Program-made: the position numbers and the translations under genes
Notes under the pieces: model-generated
Databases searched by the model: none
What the model saw: only the letters and a program-made list of their open reading frames with translations
Told to the model about the DNA's origin: nothing
NCBI GenBank assembly: GCA_051294375.1
Contig: CM119268.1
Coordinates: 13,477,437 to 13,541,436 of the forward strand
Direction of reading: 5' to 3'
From: Paraspadella gotoi
Taxonomy: Eukaryota > Animalia > Chaetognatha
DNA: 64,000 nucleotides
In this document: positions 14,530 through 35,651 of the stretch, one piece after another
How the letters are laid out: each line of letters starts with the position of its first letter
Numbering within the stretch: position 1 is the first letter of the stretch

Positions 14530-15910
14530 AAATAACTACATATTATCTCTTCTCTCTCTTTCTCATCCTCTCTCAACCCCTCGGACTCTTGGGTCAAAAA
14601 ATTTAAAATTCTGCTAAACTGCGCGTTAAATGTTGATCTCGTAGTTGTATTAGTGCTCCGAAAAAGCTCTTATTTAATTGTTTAAGAGTTCTAATTTAAG
14701 AATAAAATTTGTGCGTCTTCTAATCTAATGTGCGTTGTAAATTTCCGTCTCCACTAAACAGATGGTTCATTTGTTTTTTTCATTCTACGAAAACATTCTA
14801 AGGAGAACTCTTTGTAACGGATTGTTCGGTTAAACTTAGAAACCTAAGGAACATCAATATTCAAAAGTCATTTTAATAAACGATGGGTTTTTTTCAAACT
14901 TTAGCTTTGCGTTATCCGAGAAACGTTTCGCGTGTCGGAAAAAACGAAAAAAAAATAGTTTCAAAATCGGAAAACTAAAAATCTTTTCTTCCTCGCTTCC
15001 ACAATTTCAAAAAACAAAAGTATTTTATTATAGACATCCAAAATGAATTATAGTTTATAAAGAATGTTTTGTTTCTAAAACATCAATTATATACATAATA
15101 TAAGCAGAAACTTCAACATAATTGCGAAACCAAAAAATTGTTGGGCTTAAAATATGGAAAGAGATCCTAGACAACAAGGATATTTTTGTAAGGTATAGTT
15201 TCAAACAATAATCGTTAACATGCAAAACTAATTTAGCCAAATTTAAAGGAATCACATAGGCGAAGATTGAATAATAAGAACGCATAAAAAAAAAACAGCA
15301 AGCAATTACTCGGCTATCGAGAAGGATAATCATTCTGGGCTGTCACAAATTTAAATTTGTTAATTAAAATTATCATTAAACTTTAAAGTTTCGACTACCA
15401 GGCATCAATTAAATGAAATAGTTTCGTTTTAAAAGTTTGAAATACTTAAAATAGCTACCTTATCCATAAATTAGTAAAATGGAAGCATTAAAATCAAATT
15501 AAACCTTTAAACATTTAACTGAGGTTAGAATATGTAGGAATCCTGAAGAAGTATTTTGAAAGTAATACGGTTCATGTCGATAATTAATTCCGACCCAGTC
15601 AAGAAGTGTAAATAGCCACTTTTTTATGATTGTACTTAAGGCAGCTTGATTTCCGTACTTTCAATGTTGGTAGGTCTTTGCCAATCCAATTTCATTTTTT
15701 TTTATCAATTGGTAACCTATGTATAACGAAGAAAAAAGACATTTTTATTCCATTTCTTTGGTCACATGCGACGGAAAGATATCTAGTATTATCAATTTTA
15801 AATTATTTATAAATCTAATCAATAAGTAAAGCTCGAATCAGCGGAAACAAATAAATAAAAGATCTCAACGAGTGCACGAAGCATGAAGGAGAAAAACAAG
15901 AGGGTCTCTT

Positions 15911-18239
15911 TCACAGGTTATACTGCGTGCTGCAAGGGTAATGTCATCTTGTGCCTGACTGAGCGACGTTCGTGGCGCGGCGCTGCGTTGATCCGGCTGG
16001 GCGAGTTCATCGTCGACTCGAGAATCCGTTAAATACCGGTCACCGAGGCGCTGCCCTCGGGGGTTGTCCGTCCGCCACAGCCCGGGCACGGCGGTCAGTC
16101 CGTGGGGGCTAGAGCGCCGGGAGCGGGCAACCCGGAGCCGAGCGGCAGACGCCGGCTCCCGGCGACTTGGCGTTGAGGCTCTGGATGTAGTTCGGCGGTG
16201 ATATGACGTGCGCGCGTCGCGGCGCCGCATCGGTAAAGAGATGTGGCGGAATTTGGCATCGTGGCGGCGGAGAGCGTCGTTTGCGAATCGGCGGCGCAGC
16301 GAGGGCGGCGTCGCGTGCGTCGAGACCGGCTGGAAACGCGGTTGTGGCTTGTCGCCTGGGCTCTCTGGGGGAATTCGGGGAGCGAGGGGGTTGACGCTGG
16401 ACGCTTTCCTCGCGCGCGCGCCGGCGAGTCGGCGACGCCGTCGGCGTTTGTGCGTTCCTCGTGACGTCGGCAGGCAGCCCTCTGACTTTCGATGGTCGTA
16501 GTTTTTACCGGTGACGCGCAGGATTGGACGATTAACGCCGACGAGAAAATAGACGTCGGCCACGCCCCCTACCGGCGTCCACGTAAACCACAGAAGAGGC
16601 GCTCAATGGGGAGACCGGAAGTGGGAGAAAGGGGGCGTAGGAAGCGTTCGGGCGAGTGGAAGAAGAGATGAGGAGTGAAGACTCCGTCGCACACGACGAA
16701 CAAGAAGATTAAAAAGAAGAAGATGAAGAAGAAGAAGAAGAAAGAAGAAGAAGAAAGAAGAAGAAGAGAAGAAGAGTTCAAAGAGAGCGTCGTAGACTCC
16801 TGTCTCGCACCGGACGCGACGTGTGAAGGACAAAGTTGAGGAGGAAGAGGAATTCGACGAAGTAGTCGACAGCCGACGACGACGAGGCTGGCGCCGACGA
16901 GGGAAGTGGAGGCGATGGTCAAAGGCCTAAGGGTAGGTGGGCGTGGCGATGGGGGCGAGAGGGAGAGAAGATTATCTTTATCTAATTAAAAATGAATTTG
17001 CAATTTCATTAAAGATAAAAAAATGTTTTTTCTAATATTATTCAATAATCATTCAAACATTGGTCTATTTGTTCAAATACCGCCTTTGTACTTGTATTGA
17101 TTCGATACAACTAATTAGCTTTCGTTGTAAATAGCATGTCAATTGATATTAATAGCGAATTTTTTTATGCCACATTCGTAACGCGGTTATCCTTCCTCTG
17201 ATGTGGGCATTAAATAACTCTCACGCTTAAATTTTGGAAAAGGTGTTGAAATAATTGCTATTTGTCATTTCTCAGTTTGAAAATTTACTCCTATATTTTT
17301 TTTTATTTCCGTTCTGAGCTAAAAAGACGATCTTTGAGGGAATCCAATGAAGTGCGAAGCGCCGTCCTTTATAGCATGTTTTGATTAGGCACTTTTATGT
17401 TGTCACAAGGGAAGGCGTTGCTGAGAATAAGTTTGGATGCATTTAGTACAAATTACTTTTAAGATACTCCTTTTTCAGAAACAGAATTTTTCGAAAAGCA
17501 TTCGAATTATTAGAATATTTTTTTTTCCAGTTTAATCAATTTAACTATTTTAGTTTTTAAACCCTTCTGAAAGTAAAGCGTCGCGATGCCGCACGAAACT
17601 TCCGCGGCGCCAAATGACGCCGATGGTGTAGGACGAACGGTGTTGCCTGGTAGTAATACCGTAGTAGCCACCAACGCGCCAGGCCGGTCAACGGACCCCG
17701 AGCGCAGACCCATGGCGAATAGGCCCCAGCGGCGTCCGCCAGGACGACCACGACGCCGCAAGAGCACGCCGCCACGCCGCCGGCGAACGCCGTAATTTGC
17801 GGCGATCGTCGTCCCAGAAAGTTCTTGCGCGGCGGCAGAACAGGTAGAGAACCGAACGCCCATGAGGAATTCCTTGGGTTTAGAGGAAGGGTATAAGAAG
17901 AAACCGTGACTGGTGAACAACCGTAACATCTCGCAACTAACAAGTGTTTAACGCATCTGATTATTAACGGCACGTGAATAGAAGTTAAAATGTATAGTAA
18001 ACGGGCATCGCAACCCTTTTCCTCACCCAAAGAAGAGCATGGATGCTTTGAAGAGTCGATAGCCGAAGAACGAACGAAACGAGGCCGAAGACGACCGACG
18101 ACCGCCGCTGATACGATGCGACGTCGCCCAGATCATAGTCTTGGAAGACGATCGTGGGGCAAGCGGCGACGTCGTCGAAGGTGGCGTTTGGCGTCATCCG
18201 CGTCGGAAGTGGAGAACGGGAAGAGCGGTCGAGCGTCAT
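15911..18239 (-). pseudogene. TMEM198: Frameshifted mirror copy of TMEM198 (probably an assembly artefact)
   Basis: Fragments MTIASTSLVGASLVVVG, RVTGKNYDHRKSEGC, GLFAMGL and IATLYFQK appear in shifting frames. Confidence 0.75.
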
Positions 18240-19573
18240 CGTCGGCGGGGGAGTGGCGAGTTGGAAGCAAGGAAGTCCAGGCGTTGTGGAAAGAGTTTGG
18301 GAGTGGAGGAAGCGGCGTCGAAAAGGTGAGTAAAATAAAGCGTTGAGGTTCCGAGGGAGATTAATGAAGGTGAGGTTCGAAGAGAAGAAAGGACACTGAG
18401 GGTAGAGGCGTCGGGTGAAGCACTGGAGGTTTTTCCGGATTTATTTTTTTTTCTTCTTTTGTGTTCTTGACTCTTTTGTCTTGCAACATTTATGGTGTTT
18501 TTTTATTGTCAAGGTTGAATATTAATCGTCAATTGTTTGTGCCTATTTTCGCTGAGATTTTTATGAATATTTTTTTTTTTCTAATAATTGTTTTCAATGA
18601 ATGTTTCGAATGAGAGAAAAAAAAACCCAGAGAGGGCGATGAAAACGATCGAGGGAGAAAAAATAAAAAGAAAGATAAAAATAAAATAGAAGAAAAAGAA
18701 TCCAGGAGGCGAAGGTTTTTTTGATTTGAGGTTTTTATTTTCTTGTTTTATTGGGGGGGGGGAAGTAGACAGAAAACAAGCGTTGGAGAAGGGGGGGTAG
18801 AGAAACGATAGTCACTAGCACCTCTGGATTAGCGACGAAATCTGGCTTGGGAAAAGTATTGAGCCAGAAACTGGTGGAGTTTGTAACGAATAGTTTAGAG
18901 TATCTCGAGCGTTAGCGCCAACTAATCGACGTAGAAAATAATGGGGGACTTTTTTTTTTGGGTTGAAATTCGTGTTCTGGCTTCGTTTTTCCGGAAATCC
19001 ATGAAAAAAATATACAAAATATTTGTTTTAATTAATTTTTCGTACGAGGGAACGAATATTCGTATTGTTTTTGAATTGTTTTTTTTTTTTCTCCCGAATT
19101 TTCACTGAGATTTTAAACAATTTTTCGTCCATAAAGTCGAGGAAGCGAAAGGAAGCGACGTTGGCGTGACCGTGGCGACAACGTGGGCGTGGCGACCGTA
19201 GCGAGATTGTGACAACGCGGTCTTCCCTACTCGGGCGCCGACGTGGACGCGACTGGAATTCGCCGGCCGCCGAAATCTTCGTCCACTCGATCGAGTCTCT
19301 ATTCGGTCTAATAGGCCGACGAAGCCTGTGGTACTTCCGTCGTCGTTATCTTCGCTCGTCGTTGTTCGTTTTTCTGAAACCCTTCTTTCCAACGTAGTAA
19401 CCTCGACACCCATTTCCTTTCTCCAGAAAAATCGTTTTTTATCGACGTGGAACAGTTGACTTTTTGTTCGAAGGACTGACGGACGTCACGTTGGCGGAAA
19501 CTCCTTCTCGGGTCCAACTGTTTTGGAAGGGAAAAAATAAAAAAAACTCATTTATGGAACACAAACAGCCATT

Positions 19574-19605
<32 letters not shown>

Positions 19606-19627
19606 AGAGAGAGAGAGGAGAAGAGAG

Positions 19628-19662
<35 letters not shown>

Positions 19663-20659
19663 GTTAGGTCTGTAGGTAAAGCGAAGAAGACTGTTTGTAT
19701 CAAAATTTGTTAATTTCGGCATTTCTGCTTCGTCTTAGCTGGTTTCTGTTAAGCCTCGATGGCCGGTCGCCCGTCACGATTCTGCTATCTTCGTTTCGGC
19801 TTCTTGTTTTTCCCTGGTCCCGTTTTTTTTTTTGTTGTTTTTTTTTTTGCGGTGAAACAAAAGGATGGAAGCGAAGCCGACCGTGTTTTTTTTCGTTTCT
19901 TTTGGATTTTTTTTTTTTTTTTATTAAGTTCTAATCACTTCCTATGTCTGTTGTTGTCTCAAACAACCTCTTCATTTGAGTCATACAAAATTGATTAAAA
20001 TTTTTCTAAGTTGGATATTAACTGAAAAGTTTTTTGGGTTTTCCCCTTTAAAAAAAAAGAGAGAAAGCATCTTCTCCCACTGGATTCCAACTTGCTTCTT
20101 TGTCAGAATTTTGACGGAAATCGTATTTCATATTTTATAGCTTAAATTTTGGCAAAAAATTTGGTTTTATATTCGATTCCACGAAGCGGCGACAATGGAG
20201 CGGGGTGAAGGTGAGAGAGAGAGAGAGAGAGAGGAAGAGAGAGGGAGCAGAGCAGAGAGAGAGAGAGAGTTTTACCGAGTCAATTTTTCACGTCTGTATG
20301 CGGTAATGGTGCTCAGGTGGCGAAAGTCCGGACCTGTGACGTGTTTGAAAACAACTTGCAATTTACGTCGAAATAAAAAAAAAACAAACACTACAAAAAA
20401 TTCTTTGAAGAGAAAAAAAAAAGGAAGAATAAATTTTGAGAATAAACGTCGAGGAATCATAAAAAAAAATGGAGAGGAAAAAAAAAGAAGCCACAACAGA
20501 AACTAATCACACGAGAAAAAGCTTTACCCAATAAAAAAAAAGAAGAAAAACTAACTGCTAATAGCCAATCAGCGCAGTGAAAATAAAAAAGAAAGACCAG
20601 AAAAGGCTGCCAAAAAAAAAAAGTACGATATGTGGAGAAGAGAGAAAAAGAGGATGAAT

Positions 20660-20690
<31 letters not shown>

Positions 20691-21017
20691 AGAGAGAAGA
20701 GTAGAGAGAGAGAAGAAGAGTTTTTTTTTTGGGCAGCCTTTTCTGGTCTTCTTTTTTATTTTCACTGGCTGATGGCATTAGCAGTTAGTTTTTTTCTTCT
20801 TTTTTTTTATTGGGAAGAGCTTTTCTCGGTTGATTAGTTTCTGTTGTGGCTTCTTTTTTTTTCCTCTCCTTTTTTTTTCTTATGATTCCTTCGAGTTTAT
20901 TCTCAAAATTTATCTTCCTTTTTTTTTCTCTTCAAAGATTTTTTGTAGTGTTTGTTTATGTTTTTATTGGACGTAAATTATGGCAAAGGGTTTGTTTTCC
21001 TTTCAACAACGTCACAG

Positions 21018-21075
21018 GTCGGACTTTCGCCACGAGCACCATTACGCGATACAGACGTGAAAAATTGACGTCGGT

Positions 21076-21122
<47 letters not shown>

Positions 21123-21686
21123 CTCTGCTCTCTCTCCTCTCTCTCTCTCTCTCTCACCTTCACCCTCGCTCCATTGTCGCCGCTTCGTGGAATCGAATAA
21201 AAACCAAATTTTTTGGCAAAATTTAAAGCTAAAAATATGAAATACGATTTTCCGTCAAAATCTGACAAAGAGCAAGTTGGAATTCCAGTGGGAAAATGCT
21301 TCTCTCTTTTTTATTAAAGGGAACAAACTTTTCTAGTTAATACCAACTAGAAAAATTTTAATCAATTTTGTATGCTCAAAAGAAGACGGTTGTTTGCAGA
21401 CAAACAACAGAACACTAGGAAGTGATTAAACTTAATAAAAAAAAAAAAAAAATCAAAAGAACGAAAAAAAACGGGTGCTTGTGCTTCCATCCTTTTGTTT
21501 CTAGCGCAAAAAAAAAACAAAAAAAAAAAAAACGGGACCGGGAAAAACAGAGAGCGAAACGAAGATAGAGAATCGTGACGGGCGACCGCCCATCGAGGCT
21601 TAACAGAAACCAGCCTAAGACGAGACAGAAAAAGGTCAAATTAAAAATTTGAATACAAACAGTCTTCTCGCTTTACTACAACCTAC

Positions 21687-21777
<91 letters not shown>

Positions 21778-22213
21778 GGTGTGTTGTGTTCCCATAAATG
21801 AGTTTTTTTATTTTTTCCCTTCCAAACAGTTGGGACCCGAGAAGGAGTCCGCCAACGTGAACCGCTTCGACAAAAAGTCAACTGTTCTTCACGTCGATAA
21901 AAACGGATTTTCTGGAAAGGAAATGGGGTCGAGGTTACTACGTGGGAAAGAAGGGTTTCAGAAAACGACAACGACGACCGAAGATAACGACGACGGGAAG
22001 TCACCACCGGCTTCGTCGGCCTTAGACCGAATCGAGATCGATCGAGTGGACGAAGATTTCGGGCGCGGCGATTCCAGTCGCGTCCACGTCGGAGCCGAGT
22101 AGGTGGAAGACCGCGTTGTCACAATCTCGCTACGGTTCGCACGCCACGTTGTCGCCACGTCACGCAACGCCCGTTCTTCGCTTTCCTCGACTTTGGACGA
22201 AAAATTCGTTTAA
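21018..22213 (+). CDS. Possible last two exons (21018-21073, 21830-~22102/22213) of an unidentified gene truncated at the palindrome fold; alternatively TMEM198 leader exons
   Basis: Acceptors gtcacag|21018 and ttttttcccttccaaacag|21830 with donor tcg|gtaaaa join in phase as RTFATSTITRYRREKLTS-LGPEKESANVNRFDKK. No domain recognised. Confidence 0.3.
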
Positions 22214-23050
22214 AATCTCAGTGAAAATCGGGTGGAAAAAAAACAATTCAAAACAATACGAATATTCGTTCCCTCGTACGAAAAATAATAAAACAAATAT
22301 TTGTATATTTTTTTCATGGATTTTCCGGAAAACGAAGCAGAACACGAATTTCAACCAAAAAAAAAAGTCCCCCATTATTTTCTCGTCGATTGAGTTAGCG
22401 TAACGTCGAGATCCTAAACTATTCGTTACAAACTCCACCAGTTTCTGGCTCTATACTTTTCCCAAGCCAGATTTCGTCGTATCCAGAGGTGCTAGTGACA
22501 TCGTTTCTCCCCCCCTTCTCCCGCTTGTTTTCCTGTCTACTTCCCCCCCCCAATAAAACAAGAAATAAAAACCTCAAATCAAAAAAACCTTCGGCTCCTG
22601 GATTCTTTTTTCTTCTTTTTTTTTTATCTTTCTTTTTATTTTTTCTCCCTCGATCGTTTCATCGCCTCTCTGGGTTTTTTTTCTTCTCATTCGAAACATT
22701 CATGAAAACAATTATTAAAAAAAAGAAAAAAAATCATAAAAATCTCAGCGAAAATAGGCAAACAATTGACGATTAATATTCCAACCTTGACAATAACGAA
22801 AACACCATAAATTTGAGAAAAAAAGAGTCAAGAACACAAAAGAAGAAAAAAATAATAATCCGGAAAAACCTCCAGTGCTTCACCCGACGCCTCTACCCAT
22901 AGTGTCCTTTCTTCTCTTCGAACCTCACCTTCATTAATCTCCTCGACCTCAACGTTTATTTACTCACCTTTTTGACGCCGCTTCCTCCACTCCCAAACTC
23001 TTTCCACAACGCCTCTTCCTCTGCTCCCAACTCGCCACTCCCCCGCGACG

Positions 23051-25250
23051 ATGACGTCGACCGTCTTCCCGTTCTCCACTTCCGACGCGGATGACGGCAA
23101 CGCCACCTTCGACGACGTCGCCGCTTGCCACGATCGTTCCCAAGACTATGATCTGGCGACGTCGATCGTCAGCGGGGTCGTCGTCGTCTTCGGCCTCGTT
23201 TTCGTCGTCTTCGGCTATCGACTCTTCAAAGCATCCATGTTCTTCTTGGGTGAGGAAAGGGTTGGATGGTTACTAACATTTTAACTTCTATTCACGTTGC
23301 GGTTTAATAATCAGAGTAAACGTTGTTGTTGCGAGATGTTCGGTTGTTCAATGTTTCCCAGTCACAGTTTTCTTCTTTACCCATTCTCTAAACCCAAGGA
23401 TTCCTCATGGGCGCTTCGGTTCTTTACCTCGTCTGCCGGCGCCAAGACTTTCTGGACGACGACGCCGCAAATTACGGCGTCGCGGCGGCTGGCGGCGTGC
23501 TCTGCGGCGTCGTGGTCGTCCTGGCGACGCCGCTGGGCCTATTCGCCATGGGTCTGTCGCTCGGGGCCTTGACCGGCCTGGCGGCGTTGGTGGTGACTAC
23601 GGTTTTCTACCAGGCAACCACCGTCTGGCTCACCATCGGCGTCATTTTTGGCGCCGGGATTTTGGGCGGCATCGCGACGCTTTACTTTCAGAAGGTAAAA
23701 ACTAAAATAGTTAAATTGTTAAACTGAAAAAAAATATTCTAATAATTCGAATGTTTCGAAAAATCTGTTTCGAAAAAAGAGTATCTTAAAAGTAATTTGG
23801 TACTATGATCCAACTTATCTCAGGCAACGCCTTCCCTTGTGACAACATAAAGTGTAATCAAACAATGTATTAAAGCGGGCTTCCGACTTCATTGGATTCC
23901 CTCAAAGATTCGTTCTTTTAGCTCAGAACGGGAAAAAAAAAAAAAAAAATAGAGAGTAAATTTTCAAACTGAGAAAGTGCAAATAGAATTATTCAACACC
24001 TTTCAAATTTAAGCGTGAGAGTTATTTAATGCACATCAGGAAGGGATAACGGTTACCGATTGTGGCATACAAAAAATTCGTATTAATATCAATTGACATT
24101 GCTATTTGCAACGAAAGCTAATTAGTTGAATCAATCAATACAAGTACAAAGGAGTATTTGAACAAATAGACAATGTTGAATGAATAATATAGAAAAAAAT
24201 GATTTTATCTTTAATGAAATTCAAATTCATTTTTAATAGATAAAGAAAATCTTCTCTCCCTCTCGCCCCATCGCCACGCCCACCTCCCTTTAGGCCTTGA
24301 CCATCGCCTCCACTTCCCTCGTCGGCGCCAGCCTCGTCGTCGTCGGCGTCGACTACTTCGTCGAATTCCTCTTCCTCCTCAACTTTGTCTTCAACGTCGC
24401 GTCGGTGGAGACAGGAGTTTACGACGCTCTCTTGAACTCTTCTTCTTCTTCTTCTTCTTCTTCTTCTTCTTCTTCTTCTTCATCTTCTTCTTTTTCATCT
24501 TCTTCGTCGTCGTCGTGGACGGAGTCTTCCACGTCCTCCATCTCTTCTTCCACCGCCCCGAACGCTTCCACGCCCCTTTCTCCCACTTCCGGTCTCCCCA
24601 TTGAGCGCCTCTTCTGTTGGTTTACGTGGACGCTGGTAGGGGCGTGGCCGACGCTATTTCTCGTCGGCGTAATCGTCCAATCCTGCGTCACCGGTAAAAA
24701 CTACGACCATCGAAAGTCAGAGGGCTGCTGCCGACGTCGACGAGGAACGCCAAACGCCGACGGCGTCGCCATCGCCGGCGGCGGCGTCGGAGGCAGCGTC
24801 AGCGTCAACCCCCCTCGCTCCCCGAAATCCCCCAAGAGGCCCAGGGACAAGCACAACCGGTTCCAGCCGGTCTCGACGCGCGACGCCGCCCTCCGCGGCG
24901 CCGGATCGCAAACGACGCTCTCCGCCGCCAACGATGCCAAATTCCGCCATCTCTACCGCATGCGGCGCGCCGACGGCGACGTCATCTCCCGGAACTACAT
25001 CCAGAGCCTCAACGCCAAGTCGCCGGGAGCCGGGTCTGCCGCCTCGGCTCCGGGTTGCCCGCTTCCCGGCGCTCTGCCCCCCGGACTGACCGCCGTGCCC
25101 GGGTTGGCCGGACAACCCCGAGGCAGCGCCTCGGTGACCGGATTTACGGATCTCGAGTCGACGATGAACTCGCAGCGGAGTCAACGCAGCGCGGCCACGA
25201 CGTCGCTCAGTCAGCACAGCATGAATACCCTGCAGAGCAGTATACCGTGA
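23051..25250 (+). CDS. TMEM198: Transmembrane protein 198; exons 23051-23249, 23399-23694, 24294-25250; 483 aa
   Basis: In-phase GT-AG splicing. Motifs FGYRLFKASMFFLG, LCGVVVVLATPLGLFAMGLSLG, LTIASTSLVGASLVVVGVDYFVE, CWFTWTLVGAWP..VIVQSCVT and DGDVISRNYIQSL match recalled human TMEM198 (FGYRCFKAVLFLTG, DYFAE, CWRSWALLALWP, NGDVLSPSYIQSF). Confidence 0.93.
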
Positions 25251-26558
25251 AAGACCCTCTTGTTTTTCTCCTCATGTTCGTGCACTCGTTGAGATCTTTT
25301 ATTTTATTTGTTCCGCTGTTCGAGTTTACTTATTGATTAGATTTATAAATAATTTAAAATTGATAATACTAATATCCGTCGTGTGACCAAAGAAATGGAA
25401 TAAAAAAGTTTTTTTGTCTCGTATACATAGGTACCAATTGATAAAAAAAAAAATAAATTGGATGGCAAAGACCTACAACAGAAGTACGAAATCAAGCTGT
25501 TAAGTACAATCATAAAAAAGTGGCTATTTACAACTCTTGACTGGGTCGGAATTAATTCGACATGAACCGTTATTACTTTCAAAATACTTCTTCAGGATTC
25601 CTACTATTCTAACCTCATGTTAAATGTTAAAGTTTATTGATTTTTAATGCTTCCATTTTACTAATTATGATAAGGTAGCTATTTTAAGATTTCAAAGTTA
25701 AAACGAAACTATTTCATTAATTGATGCTGGTAGTCGAAACTTTTAAGTTTTAATGATAATTTTAATAACAAATTAAATTGTGACAGCCGCAGAATGATAT
25801 ACCCTTCTCGATAGCGATGTAATTGCTTGCTGTTTTTTTTTGTTTGGTTCTTATTATTTCAATCCTCGCCTATGTGATTCTTAAATTTGGCTATTAGTTT
25901 GATGTTAACGATTATTGTTGAAACTATACCTTACAAAAATCCTTGTGTCTAGGATCTCTTTCCATATTTTAAGCCAAATTTTTTTTGTTTCGCATTATGT
26001 TGAAGTTGTGCTTATATTATGTATATAATTGATGTTTTAGAAACAAAACATTCTTTATAAATATAATTCATTTTGGATGTTATAATAAAATCTTTTGTTT
26101 TTGAAATTGTGGAAGCGAGGAAGAAAGATTTTTAGTTTTTTTCCGAACTATTTTTTTTTTCGTATTTTTTCCGACACGCGAAACGTTTCTCGGATAACGC
26201 AAAGTAAAGTTTGAAAAAACCCATCGTTTATTAAAATGACTTTGAATATGATGTTCCTTTGGTTTTCTAAGTTTAACCGAACAATCCGTTACAAGAGTTC
26301 CTCCTTAGAATGTTTCGTAGAATGAAAAAAACAAATGAACCATCTGTTAGTGGAGACGGAAATTTACAACGACATTAGATTTAGAAGACGCAAATTTATT
26401 TAAATTAGAAACTCTTTAAACAATTAAATAAGAGCTTTTCGGACACTAATACAACTACGAGATCACATTAAGGCAGTTTAGAGAATTTAAATTTTTTGAC
26501 CCAAGAGTCCGAGGGGGTTGAGAGAGAGAGAAAGAGAGAGAGAGAATATGTAGTTTTT

Positions 26559-35651
<9,093 letters not shown>

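Larger units (their letters stand above)
10678..20622 (-). repeat. Left arm of a giant inverted repeat (error-rich mirror of 20721-30215)
   Basis: aaacccttccgttatcctttatg (10681) is the reverse complement of ~30190-30213. aagaccagaaaaggctgcc (~20593-20611) is the reverse complement of ~20732-20750. All intervening genes are mirrored collinearly. Confidence 0.97.

Noticed and set aside
10810-18346. Independent paralogous kinase and TMEM198 genes, or programmed frameshifting/RNA editing restoring them
   Set aside because: Indels hit introns, intergenic DNA and the tRNA equally, which fits sequencing error better than a decoding system
20623-20720. SMRTbell adapter at the palindrome centre
   Set aside because: The spacer is AG-rich but lacks a recognisable caacaacaac-ggaggaggagg adapter core
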